A DNA stretch of 64,000 nucleotides from Deltaproteobacteria bacterium (GCA_052390235.1 JBQTHB010000002.1:288001-352000); one strand, 5' to 3'; numbered from the stretch's first letter, positions 1-10,541 are shown. Program-made: numbers and translations. Notes: a model not told the origin generated them from the sequence alone.

Positions 1-851
1 TCGGAGGGGTGTTGCCCGAAGACGCCCCGTTTGTCGTCAAGGCGGATTTAACACCCGCTCTCTTCTCGGCGGCTTCGGCTAGGAGTCTGTCCGCCGCCGC
101 CCATAAATTTGGGAAAATTGTGAAATATCATCTAAAAATTGATACCGGCATGAATAGGCTCGGCGTCTGTACTGACGGAGTCGCGCGGCTTATCTCGGAA
201 ATTGGCAATCTCCCGAATATTGAAATGGAGGGGGTTTTTACCCATTTCTCGCACGCTGACTCCACAAACCGCGATTTTACCCTTCGGCAGATTTCACTAT
301 TCGAGACTGAACTGTCTGCCCTAAAGAAGCGCGGGTTCAATCCCCTATATATTCACCTCGCCAACAGTGCCGCGGCACTGAGATTTCCCGAAGCCCACGG
401 CAATTTGGTGCGCCCCGGGATTATGCTCTACGGCGGCGGCGGAGCGGAGCTTCAGCCGGTTATGAGGTTTAAAACGCGCGTGATACAGCTCAAATCCATC
501 CCCGCGGGGGCTTCCGTGAGCTACGGCGGCACTTTCTCCGCCTCGAGACCGAGCGTGATTGCTGTGCTACCCGTGGGGTATGCCGACGGCTACATGAGGC
601 GGCTGTCCAACCGCGCTAGGGTCTCGATAAACGGTCGGCTCGCCCCTGTGGTAGGCGCGGTGTGCATGGATTTAATCATGATTGACGTTACGGACGTTCC
701 GATGGTTAAAGAGGGGGACGAGGTTACGCTCTTTGGCGATGAGCTGGTCTCAGCGTGGGATGTCGCCTCGTGGGCGGATACGATTTCCTATGAGATTTTC
801 ACCTCAGTTGGCAGGCGAGTGCCTAGGGTTTACACATCGGGCGGGGATTGA
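1..851 (+). CDS. alr: Alanine racemase (5' end outside window)
   Basis: Motifs HLKIDTGMNRLG, FTHFSHAD, HLANSAA, VRPGIMLYG, GYADG, VGAVCMD, ISYE; N-terminal PLP-lysine motif absent, so the gene starts upstream. Confidence 0.95.
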   Translation, partial: GGVLPEDAPFVVKADLTPALFSAASARSLSAAAHKFGKIVKYHLKIDTGMNRLGVCTDGVARLISEIGNLPNIEMEGVFTHFSHADSTNRDFTLRQISLFETELSALKKRGFNPLYIHLANSAAALRFPEAHGNLVRPGIMLYGGGGAELQPVMRFKTRVIQLKSIPAGASVSYGGTFSASRPSVIAVLPVGYADGYMRRLSNRARVSINGRLAPVVGAVCMDLIMIDVTDVPMVKEGDEVTLFGDELVSAWDVASWADTISYEIFTSVGRRVPRVYTSGGD

Positions 852-983
852 GCTGGGGGCTGGGGCGCGCATTCTGGGAGTTTTAGATGATACCGATGTA
901 CTCGTACCCTGTTAATTCTGCGTTAGAAATTAATATTGTTTTAACTGGATTTTTCGCGAGTTACTGGCTAAATTTAATTTCAG

Positions 984-2945
984 ATGCGCGCCGTTCCCAT
1001 TGCACTTGCTCTCCTGTTGCTGATTTTAGCGGTTTATCTGGTGCCGTCCCGATTCGCCGCCGCCTCGGAATCCCTCGCCGATGATATTGCGCCCCCCTCT
1101 GAAAATGCCCTCGCTGATGAGACTCCATCTGAGGCTGAGGCCAATCCCGCCGCCGTCCCGTTCACCCAATCGCCGCCCGAGCAAGAAATTGAATCGCCAT
1201 TTGCTAAGCCAATCTCCGATGTGGAAAGCCCCTCGGACACTGAGCCGGACCCTCCTCCGGCATCTGAGGAATCTCCCGAAATCCTAGAGTCAGACACCGA
1301 CGATGATATTGCGCACCCGTCTGAGAATGCCCTCGCTGATGAGACTCCATCTGAGGCTGAAGCCAATCCCGCCGCCGTCCCATTCACCGAATCGCCATTT
1401 GCTAAGCCAATCTCCGATGTGCAAAGCCCCTCAGACACTGAGCCGGACCCTCCTCCGGCATCTGAGCAATCCGCCGAATTAGATACTGCCCCCCCTCAAC
1501 CCGCCGAGGGCATCGCCCCCGAAATCCTAGAGTCAGACCCCGCAGATGCGCCCTCGGCTGACCCCGCAACTGAACCCCTCGCCGGAGAGGAAAATCGCTT
1601 TGAGCTGTCCCCTTTTTTCACCTCATCCGAGTCGGGGAGCGTCTCTGAATTCGGAGTGCGCCCGTTTTTCTACTGGCTCCGGGACGAGGAGCGAGACTCC
1701 GAGGAACTCGATGTTCTCTACCCGCTTGCCACCTACGACAGGCGGGAGGACGCGAGGAGCTACCAGTTTCTGTTCTATATGCTCTCCTATTATTCCAATT
1801 TGACGCCGAGCGGTTTTCAGGAGAGCAAATTCACATTATTCCCGCTTGTATTCTCAAAGCGCGCCGAAGAGGCGGATAAGAGCTATTTCGCTCTTTTCCC
1901 GATATACGGGCGACTCAAAGAGCGATTCGCCAGGGACGAGATAAATTTCTACCTCTTCCCGCTCTACCTTGAGACGCGCAGTGGGGACGCGGTGAACTAC
2001 AGCTTCCTGTGGCCGCTTTTTGGCTATTACACCGGCGGCGGGCAGGAGGGGGTTCGCCTCTGGCCCATCTACGGGTACAGAAAAAAAGAGGGCGCGCTGG
2101 ATGAGAAATTTGCCCTCTGGCCCATTTTTATCTCTAAGAAGACCGTATCCTTCGGCGAGGAGACGGCGTCATTTTCCGTTTTCCCGCTCTATCTGACAAA
2201 GGAATCCCGGAATAAGACTCAGACCACTTACCTCTGGCCATTTATTAATCACCAAGTGGACAGGAAAAAAGGCACGGAGCGCTGGGACCTGCCATGGCCC
2301 TTTGTGAATTTCACGCGCGGGGCTAAGACCGAGACAAGGGTGTTCCCGTTCTACGGCAGTGAGGTTGACGGCGGCGATGAAGACGGCTTCTACCTCTGGC
2401 CCATTTACAGATATTCTAAATTAAACCTCGAGGACAACCTGCGCACGAGAAAAAATATCCTCCTCTTTCTATACTCGGACATCGAAGAAGAGCCGCTCAT
2501 CGAGGGCGGACGGGCGAGGAGGCGAATTGACCTGTGGCCCCTTTTCACGTATAACAGGGACAGGGACGGCAATAGGAGTTTCCATCTCATCTCGCCGATA
2601 GAGCCGTTTATAGCAGACAGCCGGGGGATTGAGAGAAATTACGCCCCCTTTTGGAGGCTCTATCAGTGGCGCAAATCCCCTGACGGCGCAAGCTCAAGCT
2701 CCGCCCTTTGGAACGCCTATCGGATGGAAAAGAACGAGGGCGGCAGGAGAATTGAGCTAAAACCCCTTCTGCCGATATTCTCATATAATCAATCCGAGGG
2801 GCAAGGCTCGGCGTATGACATTTTCGGAGGGCTTTTTGGCTATAAATCTACGCCTGAGGGGAGGGCCGTGAAACTGTTTTTTTATGATGTTAATATCTCG
2901 GTCAACGATACATCAGGGGTAAGGAGGCTCAACGGTGATGAGTAG
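984..2945 (+). CDS. Exported protein with acidic Pro-rich duplicated N-terminus and aromatic LWP/LFP-repeat C-terminal domain; first gene of mla-like operon
   Basis: N-terminal signal/TM segment; many (L/F)WP(L/I/F) motifs; stop overlaps the mlaE start. Confidence 0.75.
   Translation: MRAVPIALALLLLILAVYLVPSRFAAASESLADDIAPPSENALADETPSEAEANPAAVPFTQSPPEQEIESPFAKPISDVESPSDTEPDPPPASEESPEILESDTDDDIAHPSENALADETPSEAEANPAAVPFTESPFAKPISDVQSPSDTEPDPPPASEQSAELDTAPPQPAEGIAPEILESDPADAPSADPATEPLAGEENRFELSPFFTSSESGSVSEFGVRPFFYWLRDEERDSEELDVLYPLATYDRREDARSYQFLFYMLSYYSNLTPSGFQESKFTLFPLVFSKRAEEADKSYFALFPIYGRLKERFARDEINFYLFPLYLETRSGDAVNYSFLWPLFGYYTGGGQEGVRLWPIYGYRKKEGALDEKFALWPIFISKKTVSFGEETASFSVFPLYLTKESRNKTQTTYLWPFINHQVDRKKGTERWDLPWPFVNFTRGAKTETRVFPFYGSEVDGGDEDGFYLWPIYRYSKLNLEDNLRTRKNILLFLYSDIEEEPLIEGGRARRRIDLWPLFTYNRDRDGNRSFHLISPIEPFIADSRGIERNYAPFWRLYQWRKSPDGASSSSALWNAYRMEKNEGGRRIELKPLLPIFSYNQSEGQGSAYDIFGGLFGYKSTPEGRAVKLFFYDVNISVNDTSGVRRLNGDE
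1080..1470 (+). repeat. Intragenic tandem duplication, period about 222 bp
   Basis: DDIAxPSENALADETPSEAEANPAAVPFT...ESPFAKPISDVxSPSDTEPDPPPASE occurs twice, near-identical at DNA level; second copy lacks 24 bp (QSPPEQEI). Confidence 0.9.
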
Positions 2946-3705
2946 TATGACCTCGTTTTTTCAGACCACTGGGGAGATTATAAAATTATTTATCGAGAGC
3001 CTCTACTGGTGCAAAACCGCCCTGAGAAACCGCGCTATGGTGTTTGCCCAGATGAGAGAAATTGGCAACAACACCCTGCCTGTAGCCGCGCTGATTTCGG
3101 TTTTCATCGGCGGAGTGCTTGCCCTTCAGTCGGGGCCCACGCTCGCGCTCTTCGGGATAGAGGAGAATATTGGGGGCATCGTCGGGCTTTCAATGGTCAG
3201 AGAACTTGGCCCTGTGATGGCGTCAATTCTCGTCGCTGGCAGGGTTGGCTCGGCAATGACCGCGGAGATTGCCTCGATGAGCGTGTATCAGGAAATTGAC
3301 GCGCTTCGGACGATGAACATCAATCCCGTGCGCTTTCTCGTGATGCCCAGATTCCTCGCAAGCCTCGTAATCCTGCCAATTCTGGTCGTTTATATGTACG
3401 TTATCGGGTGGTTCGGCGGGGCTGTAGTTGCCTCGGTAAACCCGGAAATAGGCGTCTCGATGACGGTATTCTACAGGAATCTCTCGGAGTTTATCGAGTT
3501 TTCGGACGTTATAAACGGGCTGGTTAAGTCGGCAGTGTTCGGTATTATAATCTCGACGGTCTGCTGTTATGTGGGGCTGCGAACGAGGGGCGGCCCTAGG
3601 GAGATTGGAATCTCGGTTACGAGGGCGGTGGTGCTGTCTTTTGTATTAATCTTGGTGTTTGATTATTTTATTACTAGGGCGCTCATGATACTCAATATTC
3701 AGTAG
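2935..3705 (+). CDS. mlaE: MlaE-family ABC permease
   Basis: RELGPVMASILVAGRVGSAMTAEI and EIDALRTM motifs; AGGAGG RBS. Confidence 0.92.
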   Translation: MMSSMTSFFQTTGEIIKLFIESLYWCKTALRNRAMVFAQMREIGNNTLPVAALISVFIGGVLALQSGPTLALFGIEENIGGIVGLSMVRELGPVMASILVAGRVGSAMTAEIASMSVYQEIDALRTMNINPVRFLVMPRFLASLVILPILVVYMYVIGWFGGAVVASVNPEIGVSMTVFYRNLSEFIEFSDVINGLVKSAVFGIIISTVCCYVGLRTRGGPREIGISVTRAVVLSFVLILVFDYFITRALMILNIQ

Positions 3706-3756
3706 AGGTTGCTTTAATCTGAGCATGAGGCGAGGATATGGGCGTTGAATATAAAT

Positions 3757-4536
3757 ATGACGACTAAAAGAGACATTCCCGTAAATTATGTACAGAACTC
3801 CCCCGTCGAGGTGCAAATCGCGGGGCTTGCGAAATCCTTCGGGGCGAATCGAGTCCTCAACGGGGTGAATCTCGAGATAAAGCCCGCCGAAACCATGGTC
3901 ATCCTCGGCAAAAGCGGTTCGGGCAAGAGCGTGCTTCTGCGCCATATCATCGGGCTTGAGAAGCCGGACTCCGGCGAAATTCTCATCGGCGGGATTGACG
4001 CAGGCAGCCCGCGCCTTCGGGAGGCGCACAGGCTCGCTATGGTGTTTCAGTCCTCGGCGCTATTTAACTCCCTATCCGTGAAAGAGAACGTAGCCCTATA
4101 CCTGAGGGAAAATGCCATATTTGCCGACGAGGACAGGATTGGGCAAGTCGTCTCAAACGCCCTTTCCATTGTGGGGCTTGAGGGAAAAGAGGCGGTGATG
4201 CCCTCAGACCTCAGCGGCGGGATGAGAAAGCGCGTCGCCATAGCTAGGGCGCTTGTGATGAGTCCCGACCTGATTCTCTTTGATGAGCCTACGGCAGAGC
4301 TTGACCCGCTTCTCACCAGGAGCATTGGCGACGTAATCCTGGGGCTCAGAGACCACGTAGAGGTTACGCAAATTGTCGTAACCCACGACATTGACCTCGC
4401 CTTTTACATCGCCGATAGAATCGCCCTCATCAACGAGGGCAGGATAGTCGAGGTTGCAGAGCCGAGGGATTTTAAAATCAGCCAAAACCCCGTCGCAAGG
4501 GCTTTTATACAGCCTCAATTTGAACGCGCATTATAG
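3757..4536 (+). CDS. mlaF: MlaF-family ABC ATPase
   Basis: Walker A GKSGSGKS, LSGGMRKRVAIARAL, DEPT, VTHD; between mlaE and MCE gene. Confidence 0.9.
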   Translation: MTTKRDIPVNYVQNSPVEVQIAGLAKSFGANRVLNGVNLEIKPAETMVILGKSGSGKSVLLRHIIGLEKPDSGEILIGGIDAGSPRLREAHRLAMVFQSSALFNSLSVKENVALYLRENAIFADEDRIGQVVSNALSIVGLEGKEAVMPSDLSGGMRKRVAIARALVMSPDLILFDEPTAELDPLLTRSIGDVILGLRDHVEVTQIVVTHDIDLAFYIADRIALINEGRIVEVAEPRDFKISQNPVARAFIQPQFERAL

Positions 4537-4550
4537 AGGAGGTCGCAGCA

Positions 4551-5546
4551 ATGAGTTCAGAAGTGAAAGTAGGCATATTTGTCGTAGTGGGTCTCGCCGT
4601 GCTACTGGCCGTATTTGAATTCGTGGGAGAGATTCCGTTTCTCACGAAGGACTATACGCTGAAAACCTATTTCCAATCCGTAGGGGAGCTTCGCGAGGGC
4701 AATCCCGTGAAACTCTCAGGGGTTGAGGTGGGCAAGGTCTCGAAAATCGCAATTGAAGACAGTAAAATTGCCGTTACGGCAAAGGTCAAAGAGGGGTTTA
4801 TGGTCAAGCAGGACTCGGTTGCCTCGGTGAGGCTCACCAGCCTTCTAGGCACGAGCTATCTGCATATCACGTTCGGCTCTCCCGATAGCCCCGCCGCTCA
4901 GGATAGTTTCGTCCTCAAGAGCGAGGAGCCAGCGGACATCAATCAGATTCTCGCCAAAGTGGAGTCCTCGATAAGCTCGATTCAATCCGCCTTCAGCGGC
5001 TTTGATGCCCTCGGAGGGATTGACAAGGACAAAGTGGCGAGCATAATTGACAACCTCGACAAAGTCCTCGCGGGAGCCGAGAGGGGCGAAGGCACATTCG
5101 GCAAACTACTCAAGGACGACGCCCTCTACAACGAGGCAAAAGAGGCCCTCTCGAATATTAACAGAGTCGCCGCCGCAATAAATCAGGGCAAAGGCACTCT
5201 AGGCAAACTCATAAGCGACGACTCGCTCTATGTCGAAACCAAAAAAACCATGGAAAACCTAGGGCAGGTCGCATCAAAGCTCAATCAATCCGAAGGCACT
5301 TTGGGGAAACTCCTCAAAGACGACACGCTCTACAACGAGGTTACGGGAGCGGCTACGAGCCTCAACAAAATACTGAAAAAAGTGGAGAGGGGCGAAGGCA
5401 CTTTGGGGAAACTCGTGGTTGACGACTCGCTCTATTTCGATACGAAAAACGCGGTAAAAAAGGTCGAAAAATCCGTCGAGATTCAAGAAGACCTAGCCCC
5501 GCTGAACACGCTTGGGGCGGCATTTGGCATTCTCACTTTATTCTAA
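4551..5546 (+). CDS. mlaD: MCE/MlaD-family protein with long helical tail
   Basis: N-terminal TM, VKLSGVEVGKV, SLLGTSYL; four G(E/K)GT(L/F)GKL..DD.LY repeats. Confidence 0.9.
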   Translation: MSSEVKVGIFVVVGLAVLLAVFEFVGEIPFLTKDYTLKTYFQSVGELREGNPVKLSGVEVGKVSKIAIEDSKIAVTAKVKEGFMVKQDSVASVRLTSLLGTSYLHITFGSPDSPAAQDSFVLKSEEPADINQILAKVESSISSIQSAFSGFDALGGIDKDKVASIIDNLDKVLAGAERGEGTFGKLLKDDALYNEAKEALSNINRVAAAINQGKGTLGKLISDDSLYVETKKTMENLGQVASKLNQSEGTLGKLLKDDTLYNEVTGAATSLNKILKKVERGEGTLGKLVVDDSLYFDTKNAVKKVEKSVEIQEDLAPLNTLGAAFGILTLF

Positions 5547-5644
5547 GGCGCGGCTCTGGGAGGGGGGATTGCCAAGCGCGGCGTATCCCCGTTTCCCGCT
5601 CTCCATCGGAGCAAGGGGGGGGCAGGCTGAGATAATGGGCTGTC

Positions 5645-7729
5645 TCAATCGGCTTCATCGCCCGGCGCCTCTGCGCTGCGAACCTCGCTCTGTAGCCTGT
5701 ACAGGCTCTCGTAAATCCCGCCTTTGCGCGCTAGAAGCTGCGCGTGGTTGCCAGATTCGGCGACCTCCCCTCTGTGAATCACTATGATTTCATCGGCGCG
5801 TTTGATATTCGACAGCCTGTGCGCGACGATGATTGTCGTTCTATCGGATGAGGTTTCCCTCAGAAATTCCCTGATGTTCAGCTCGATTTCGGCGTCAATG
5901 TGAGAAGTGGCCTCATCGAGTATGAGAACCTTCGCCCGTTTGGACAGGGCTTCTTTGAGGGATTGAATCTGTTTCTCGCCTGAGGACGCTGTGCCTCTTG
6001 CGCTGAATAATTCCCCGCTCCCGTTCAATCGGCGGTTAAATTCGCCGTCCTGCGAGTGGTGCCCATTGCTGGCGTTTCTGCCAAAGATGAATACATCTTG
6101 GAATACAGCAGATATTTCGGAGCGCAGAAATTCCGGGTCTAAGTCTCGAATGTTGACCCCGTCAAAGAGGATTTCTCCGCGCTCTATGTCGTAGAGTTTC
6201 AGTATGAGATTGACGATGGTGGTTTTCCCTGAGCCTGTGAGTCCGACGAAGGCGAGAGTTTTCCCCGGAGTTGCCTTGAATGATACGTTTTTCAGTATCC
6301 AGTCCCGCCCGTTGTAGGAAAACCATACGTTTCTGAACTCCACCTCGCCCCTTGCCCCCTCGACTCTGCCCTCCGGGCGGGCTTCGGACTTGGCGTGGGC
6401 GAGGTCGTAGAGGTTCTCGGAAGCCGCTATTGCCGACTGGAATATGTTATATCTCTCTGCAAGCTCAAGTATCGGCTTAAAGAGCATTTTTATGTAGGCG
6501 AGATAGGCGATGAGCGCGCCTAGCGTGAGGTTTAGGTCCAGCACCCTAAGCCCCCCGTACCAGACGATGAGCGCCACCGTGGAGATGCTGATGAATTCGA
6601 TTATTGGCCTGAAAGTGGCGAAGGCAAAGAGCTGGTCCATGTTGGCGGTGTAGTTCTCGAGGTTAACCCTGCGAAATCTCTCGAAATTTTCCTGCTCCTT
6701 GTTGTAGAGCTTAATTAAAACTACCCCCCTGACGCTCTCCTGCACGAAGGCGTTTAGCTGGGCTACGGTTTTTCTCAAATTCCTATAGACCGTCTTTAAT
6801 CTCATCCTAAAGAGCCAGGCGATGACCCCGAGCAGCGCAGTGATGCCGAGGATGAACAGCGTGAGCGGGCGGTTCATGTAAAACATCACCCCCAGCACTC
6901 CGGCGATGACGAGAATGTCTTTGAAAAACTGCACCGAGACCGAGGTGTACATCTCGTTTATGGCGTTAATGTCATTTGTAACCCGCGTGGTGAGCCTGCC
7001 CACGGGGTTTTTATCGAAGAACGGCTGGGGGAGGCTCAGGATTTTGGAGAACATCTCAACTCGCATCTGGTGCATTATTCTCTGCCCCGTGTAGTTGAGA
7101 ATATAGGTGTAGAGCGAGCTGAATAGGAAAACACCCGAAAGGGCGAGGAGCAGTAAAAGGGCAAGCTCCGCGACTGCTCTTAATTCGTCTCCTCTAAGCA
7201 GGGCGATGTCGTCTCCATCGAATTTGGAGACTGCCTCGTAGTCGGCATAATAAATCCCGTCCGCGCGCTTGAATGCCCCCCCGTATTTTTCGATGACCCT
7301 GAGGATTTCCGACTGTTCAGTAGCCTCAAATTCCGCCGGATTTACCGCTAAGAATTTTGCTTTAGAGAGGTATCCCCGTTTTTCGAGGTCTGTTTTGTCC
7401 TCGGTTTCTATCGCCGATATATCAATGAGCGCCGCCCCTTCGCCGAGGTTGACGATAAATGGCGGGTAGTCGCGCCTTAGCCGAGCTTCAAACGAGGCGG
7501 CATCGGAGGGGAACCTGGCCTCTCGCCACCTGGGATGGACGTAGCCGTCAACCGCGACCTTGGTGATATAAGGCACGGAAAGCTCCATTGCCGCTGTGAT
7601 AATCATAAAAATAAACGACAGCGTCATAAACCCGGCGTAGGGCTTGGCGAAGGCGCGAAGCCAGAGGATTATTTTTATATCATAGGTTTTTGCCTCTCTC
7701 TTCTCGGCGTCGGATTCAATTAAGCTCAA
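5645..7729 (-). CDS. ABC exporter subunit (TMD+NBD), heterodimer partner
   Basis: GRLTTRVTND, Walker A GLTGSGKT, ILDEATS, VAHRLS; degenerate signature SSGEKQ. Confidence 0.9.
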   Translation of the reverse strand: MSLIESDAEKREAKTYDIKIILWLRAFAKPYAGFMTLSFIFMIITAAMELSVPYITKVAVDGYVHPRWREARFPSDAASFEARLRRDYPPFIVNLGEGAALIDISAIETEDKTDLEKRGYLSKAKFLAVNPAEFEATEQSEILRVIEKYGGAFKRADGIYYADYEAVSKFDGDDIALLRGDELRAVAELALLLLLALSGVFLFSSLYTYILNYTGQRIMHQMRVEMFSKILSLPQPFFDKNPVGRLTTRVTNDINAINEMYTSVSVQFFKDILVIAGVLGVMFYMNRPLTLFILGITALLGVIAWLFRMRLKTVYRNLRKTVAQLNAFVQESVRGVVLIKLYNKEQENFERFRRVNLENYTANMDQLFAFATFRPIIEFISISTVALIVWYGGLRVLDLNLTLGALIAYLAYIKMLFKPILELAERYNIFQSAIAASENLYDLAHAKSEARPEGRVEGARGEVEFRNVWFSYNGRDWILKNVSFKATPGKTLAFVGLTGSGKTTIVNLILKLYDIERGEILFDGVNIRDLDPEFLRSEISAVFQDVFIFGRNASNGHHSQDGEFNRRLNGSGELFSARGTASSGEKQIQSLKEALSKRAKVLILDEATSHIDAEIELNIREFLRETSSDRTTIIVAHRLSNIKRADEIIVIHRGEVAESGNHAQLLARKGGIYESLYRLQSEVRSAEAPGDEAD

Positions 7730-9474
7730 TGGGGTTTCTCCGGCAGCGGGTCGTCGTCGAGGGTCTGCACGCGGTAGAGTTTGGCGTATAGCCCGTCCCG
7801 CGCCATGAGTTCTTCGTGCCGCCCGGACTCGGCTATGATGCCTCTATCGAGAACGGCTATGCGGTCGAAGCCGCTAATGGAAGGCACCCTGCTCGATACG
7901 GCAACGAGAGTCCCGGCGCGCATCAGCTTTTTCAATTCTCCCAGAAGCAGGTTTTCGGTTCTCACATCGAGGGACGAGAGCGCGTCGTCTAGCACAAGCG
8001 CGTCCGGCTCAAGCAGAATCGCCCTCGCTATGGCGATTCTCTGCCTCTGCCCTCCGGAGAGGCTCAGTCCCCGCTCGCCGACTCTGGCGTCGAATCCCCC
8101 AGGAAATCCCATTATATCGTCATAAATTTGGGCGGCTTTGGCGGCGCGCTCTATGTCTGAGTCCTGTAGTCTCGGATTCATGAACGAGATATTATCCCTA
8201 ACCGTGCCGCTGAAAACCGTTGTCTCCTGAGGGATGAACACCACTGCCCGTCCTAGGCTCTGTTTCGATATGGCTCTGACGTCATAGCCGCCAATGAGAA
8301 TACTGCTCTCGTCGGGGAGGTGTTCGATTTTCACAAGCAGGCGAAGCAGAGCGCTTTTGCCAGAACCTGTGCCGCCCACGATGGCGAAGGATTTTCCCTG
8401 AGGGATGGACAAATTCACCCCGCGCAGAACCTTTGACCCGTTGTAGGAGAAATTCACATTGCGCAGCTCAATCCCCCCGCCGCCGCCGCGCGCGATGTTT
8501 ATTCCCCCGTCTATGGGAGCTTCCTCCGGCTTTGTGCGGAGTATGTTGTTGATTCTCTCAAGCGAGGCGTTCCCGCGTTTTATCATATCCACTGCCCAAG
8601 CCATAGCCGTCATAGGCCATGCGAGCATCCCGATATAGATTAGGATAGCGACGAAATCCCCTAGGGTAATGCCTCCCGTAACGGCGCTTCTGCCACCCGC
8701 CCAGAGGAAAATCACAACCCCCGTGCCTGCAATGAAACTTATGAGCGGCTGATACACCCCCCAGATTCGGATGAGGTTGAGATTGCTCCTCATGTACTCG
8801 TTGCTCGCGCGGTCGAAATCACGAATCTCGGCGCTCTCTGCTACGGCGGCTTTGACGACTTTTATGCCGGCTATTGAGGCTCTCGCGCTCTCCGTGAGGG
8901 CTGAGAATGCGCTCTGCACCCCTGCGAAACGCTCTTCGATGGCTCTGCCGAATTTAATTATTAAAAAGCACAGTACGGGAAATGGGATAAACGCCCAGAG
9001 CGCGAGTGCGGGCGAGACGTAAATCATTGCGGCGAGAATGAATACGAGGAGCAGTAATCCGTCGTAGGCGATGATGACACCGATGCCGCACGCCATTTTG
9101 ATAGCCTCTATATCGTTTACGGTATGCGCCATGAGGTCTCCGGTTTTCCTCTCGGAGAAGAAATTGAAGGGCAGAGTCTGTAGGTGTTTAAAGAAGCTGT
9201 CTCTTAGGGCAAGCTCGATTTTTCTTGACGCGCCGAGGAGGAAATACCGCCAGAAGAATCGAAATACCGACATCACGAGGGCAATGCCAACTATGTAGAG
9301 GGCGTATGTCGAGATGCCGCTCCCGCTGTCGGCGACTAGGCTGTCAATGACCTTTTCTATGATGAGTGGTATGGACAGTTGGCACAGATCCACAACGGTC
9401 AGGGCGAGGAATCCGAGGAGTATCGAATATCTATAATCGAGGAGAAGAGAGGTGAGGGTTTTTTCCCTGTTCAT
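7726..9474 (-). CDS. ABC exporter subunit (TMD+NBD) with degenerate ATPase site
   Basis: TGDLMAH..ND, GGTGSGKS, LSGGQRQR, Walker B VLDDALS, no switch His; start taken at MNREK. Confidence 0.9.
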   Translation of the reverse strand: MNREKTLTSLLLDYRYSILLGFLALTVVDLCQLSIPLIIEKVIDSLVADSGSGISTYALYIVGIALVMSVFRFFWRYFLLGASRKIELALRDSFFKHLQTLPFNFFSERKTGDLMAHTVNDIEAIKMACGIGVIIAYDGLLLLVFILAAMIYVSPALALWAFIPFPVLCFLIIKFGRAIEERFAGVQSAFSALTESARASIAGIKVVKAAVAESAEIRDFDRASNEYMRSNLNLIRIWGVYQPLISFIAGTGVVIFLWAGGRSAVTGGITLGDFVAILIYIGMLAWPMTAMAWAVDMIKRGNASLERINNILRTKPEEAPIDGGINIARGGGGGIELRNVNFSYNGSKVLRGVNLSIPQGKSFAIVGGTGSGKSALLRLLVKIEHLPDESSILIGGYDVRAISKQSLGRAVVFIPQETTVFSGTVRDNISFMNPRLQDSDIERAAKAAQIYDDIMGFPGGFDARVGERGLSLSGGQRQRIAIARAILLEPDALVLDDALSSLDVRTENLLLGELKKLMRAGTLVAVSSRVPSISGFDRIAVLDRGIIAESGRHEELMARDGLYAKLYRVQTLDDDPLPEKPH

Positions 9475-9708
9475 TGCCGCAGGTTCGCTTAAGTTATCGC
9501 TCGATGATAATAATACCCGAAACGCAAATCCGCTGTGTGAGCGGCGCAATCCCCGCCTGTTTTGAGGGCAGACCCCAAATATCTAAAGCGCACTCATCAG
9601 GGGGCGGGGTTCGGCGAGCTAACATTTCATATATTTCTGATGCCCGGCGATTTATCTTCATGTATAATTAGCCGTGATTCGCTGTTTTCAAAGGAGGAAT
9701 CTTAGGCA

Positions 9709-10455
9709 ATGGAATTGATTTCTGACCCTCAAATATGGATTGCGCTTCTCACGCTCACGACGCTTGAAATCGTTCTCGGCATAGACAACATCATCTTCAT
9801 CTCCATTCTCACGGGCAAGCTCCCTGCAGGCGAGCAGGCTAGGGCGAGAACCATCGGGCTTGCGCTGGCTATGATAATGCGGATTTTGCTACTCTTCTCC
9901 CTAGCTTGGATAATGCGGCTTACCGCGCCGATATTCACCGCGCTGGGAAATGAAATTTCGGGGCGCGATATAATTCTGCTCGTCGGCGGGCTTTTCCTGC
10001 TCGCGAAAAGCACTTACGAGATTCACGAGAGGCTTGAGGGGGAAGAAGCCCATTCCACGGGGGGCGGCACGGCGACATTTACAAGCGTCATTGCGCAGAT
10101 AATACTGCTCGACCTCGTGTTTTCGCTCGACTCCGTAATTACGGCTATCGGCATGGTTGATCAGTTTTGGATCATGGTAACGGCTGTGATTGTAGCTGTG
10201 GGCGTGATGATGGTATCGGCAAGGGCGGTAAGCGAATTCGTACACCGACACCCCACGGTAAAGATGCTCGCTCTAAGTTTCCTCCTGCTTATTGGGGTGA
10301 GCCTCATAGCCGAGGGGCTTGACCAGCACATTCCGAAGGGCTATATCTATTTCGCCATGGCGTTTTCGGTGTTGGTCGAGATGCTGAATCTAAAGGTGAA
10401 GGGCAAGAGAGCCGAGCCAGTGAAACTGCGCGAACCCTACTCGGAGGATAAGTAA
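9709..10455 (+). CDS. TerC-family membrane protein
   Basis: LEIVLGIDNIIFI, DLVFSLDSVITAIG, IPKGYIYFAMAFS; AAGGAGG RBS. Confidence 0.93.
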   Translation: MELISDPQIWIALLTLTTLEIVLGIDNIIFISILTGKLPAGEQARARTIGLALAMIMRILLLFSLAWIMRLTAPIFTALGNEISGRDIILLVGGLFLLAKSTYEIHERLEGEEAHSTGGGTATFTSVIAQIILLDLVFSLDSVITAIGMVDQFWIMVTAVIVAVGVMMVSARAVSEFVHRHPTVKMLALSFLLLIGVSLIAEGLDQHIPKGYIYFAMAFSVLVEMLNLKVKGKRAEPVKLREPYSEDK

Positions 10456-10463
10456 TGGGAAAG

Positions 10464-10491
10464 GGCGCGGCGTCAATTCAACGCCCGCGCC
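10464..10491. terminator. GC hairpin between the TerC gene and the CRISPR trailer, possible terminator
   Basis: GGCGCGGCGT-caattca-ACGCCCGCGCC imperfect stem between convergent transcripts; no clear U-tract. Confidence 0.4.
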
Positions 10492-10510
10492 GGATTCTCT
10501 AGGGCTATGG

Positions 10511-10540
10511 CTTGGGAGCTTTATTAGATAGGCTAAGAAC
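10511..10540 (-). repeat. Degenerate terminal CRISPR repeat
   Basis: Minus strand GTTCTTAGCCTATCTAATAAAG vs consensus GTTCTTAGCCTACCTATAAGGG: 15 of first 16 nt match. Confidence 0.8.
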
Positions 10541-10541
10541 T

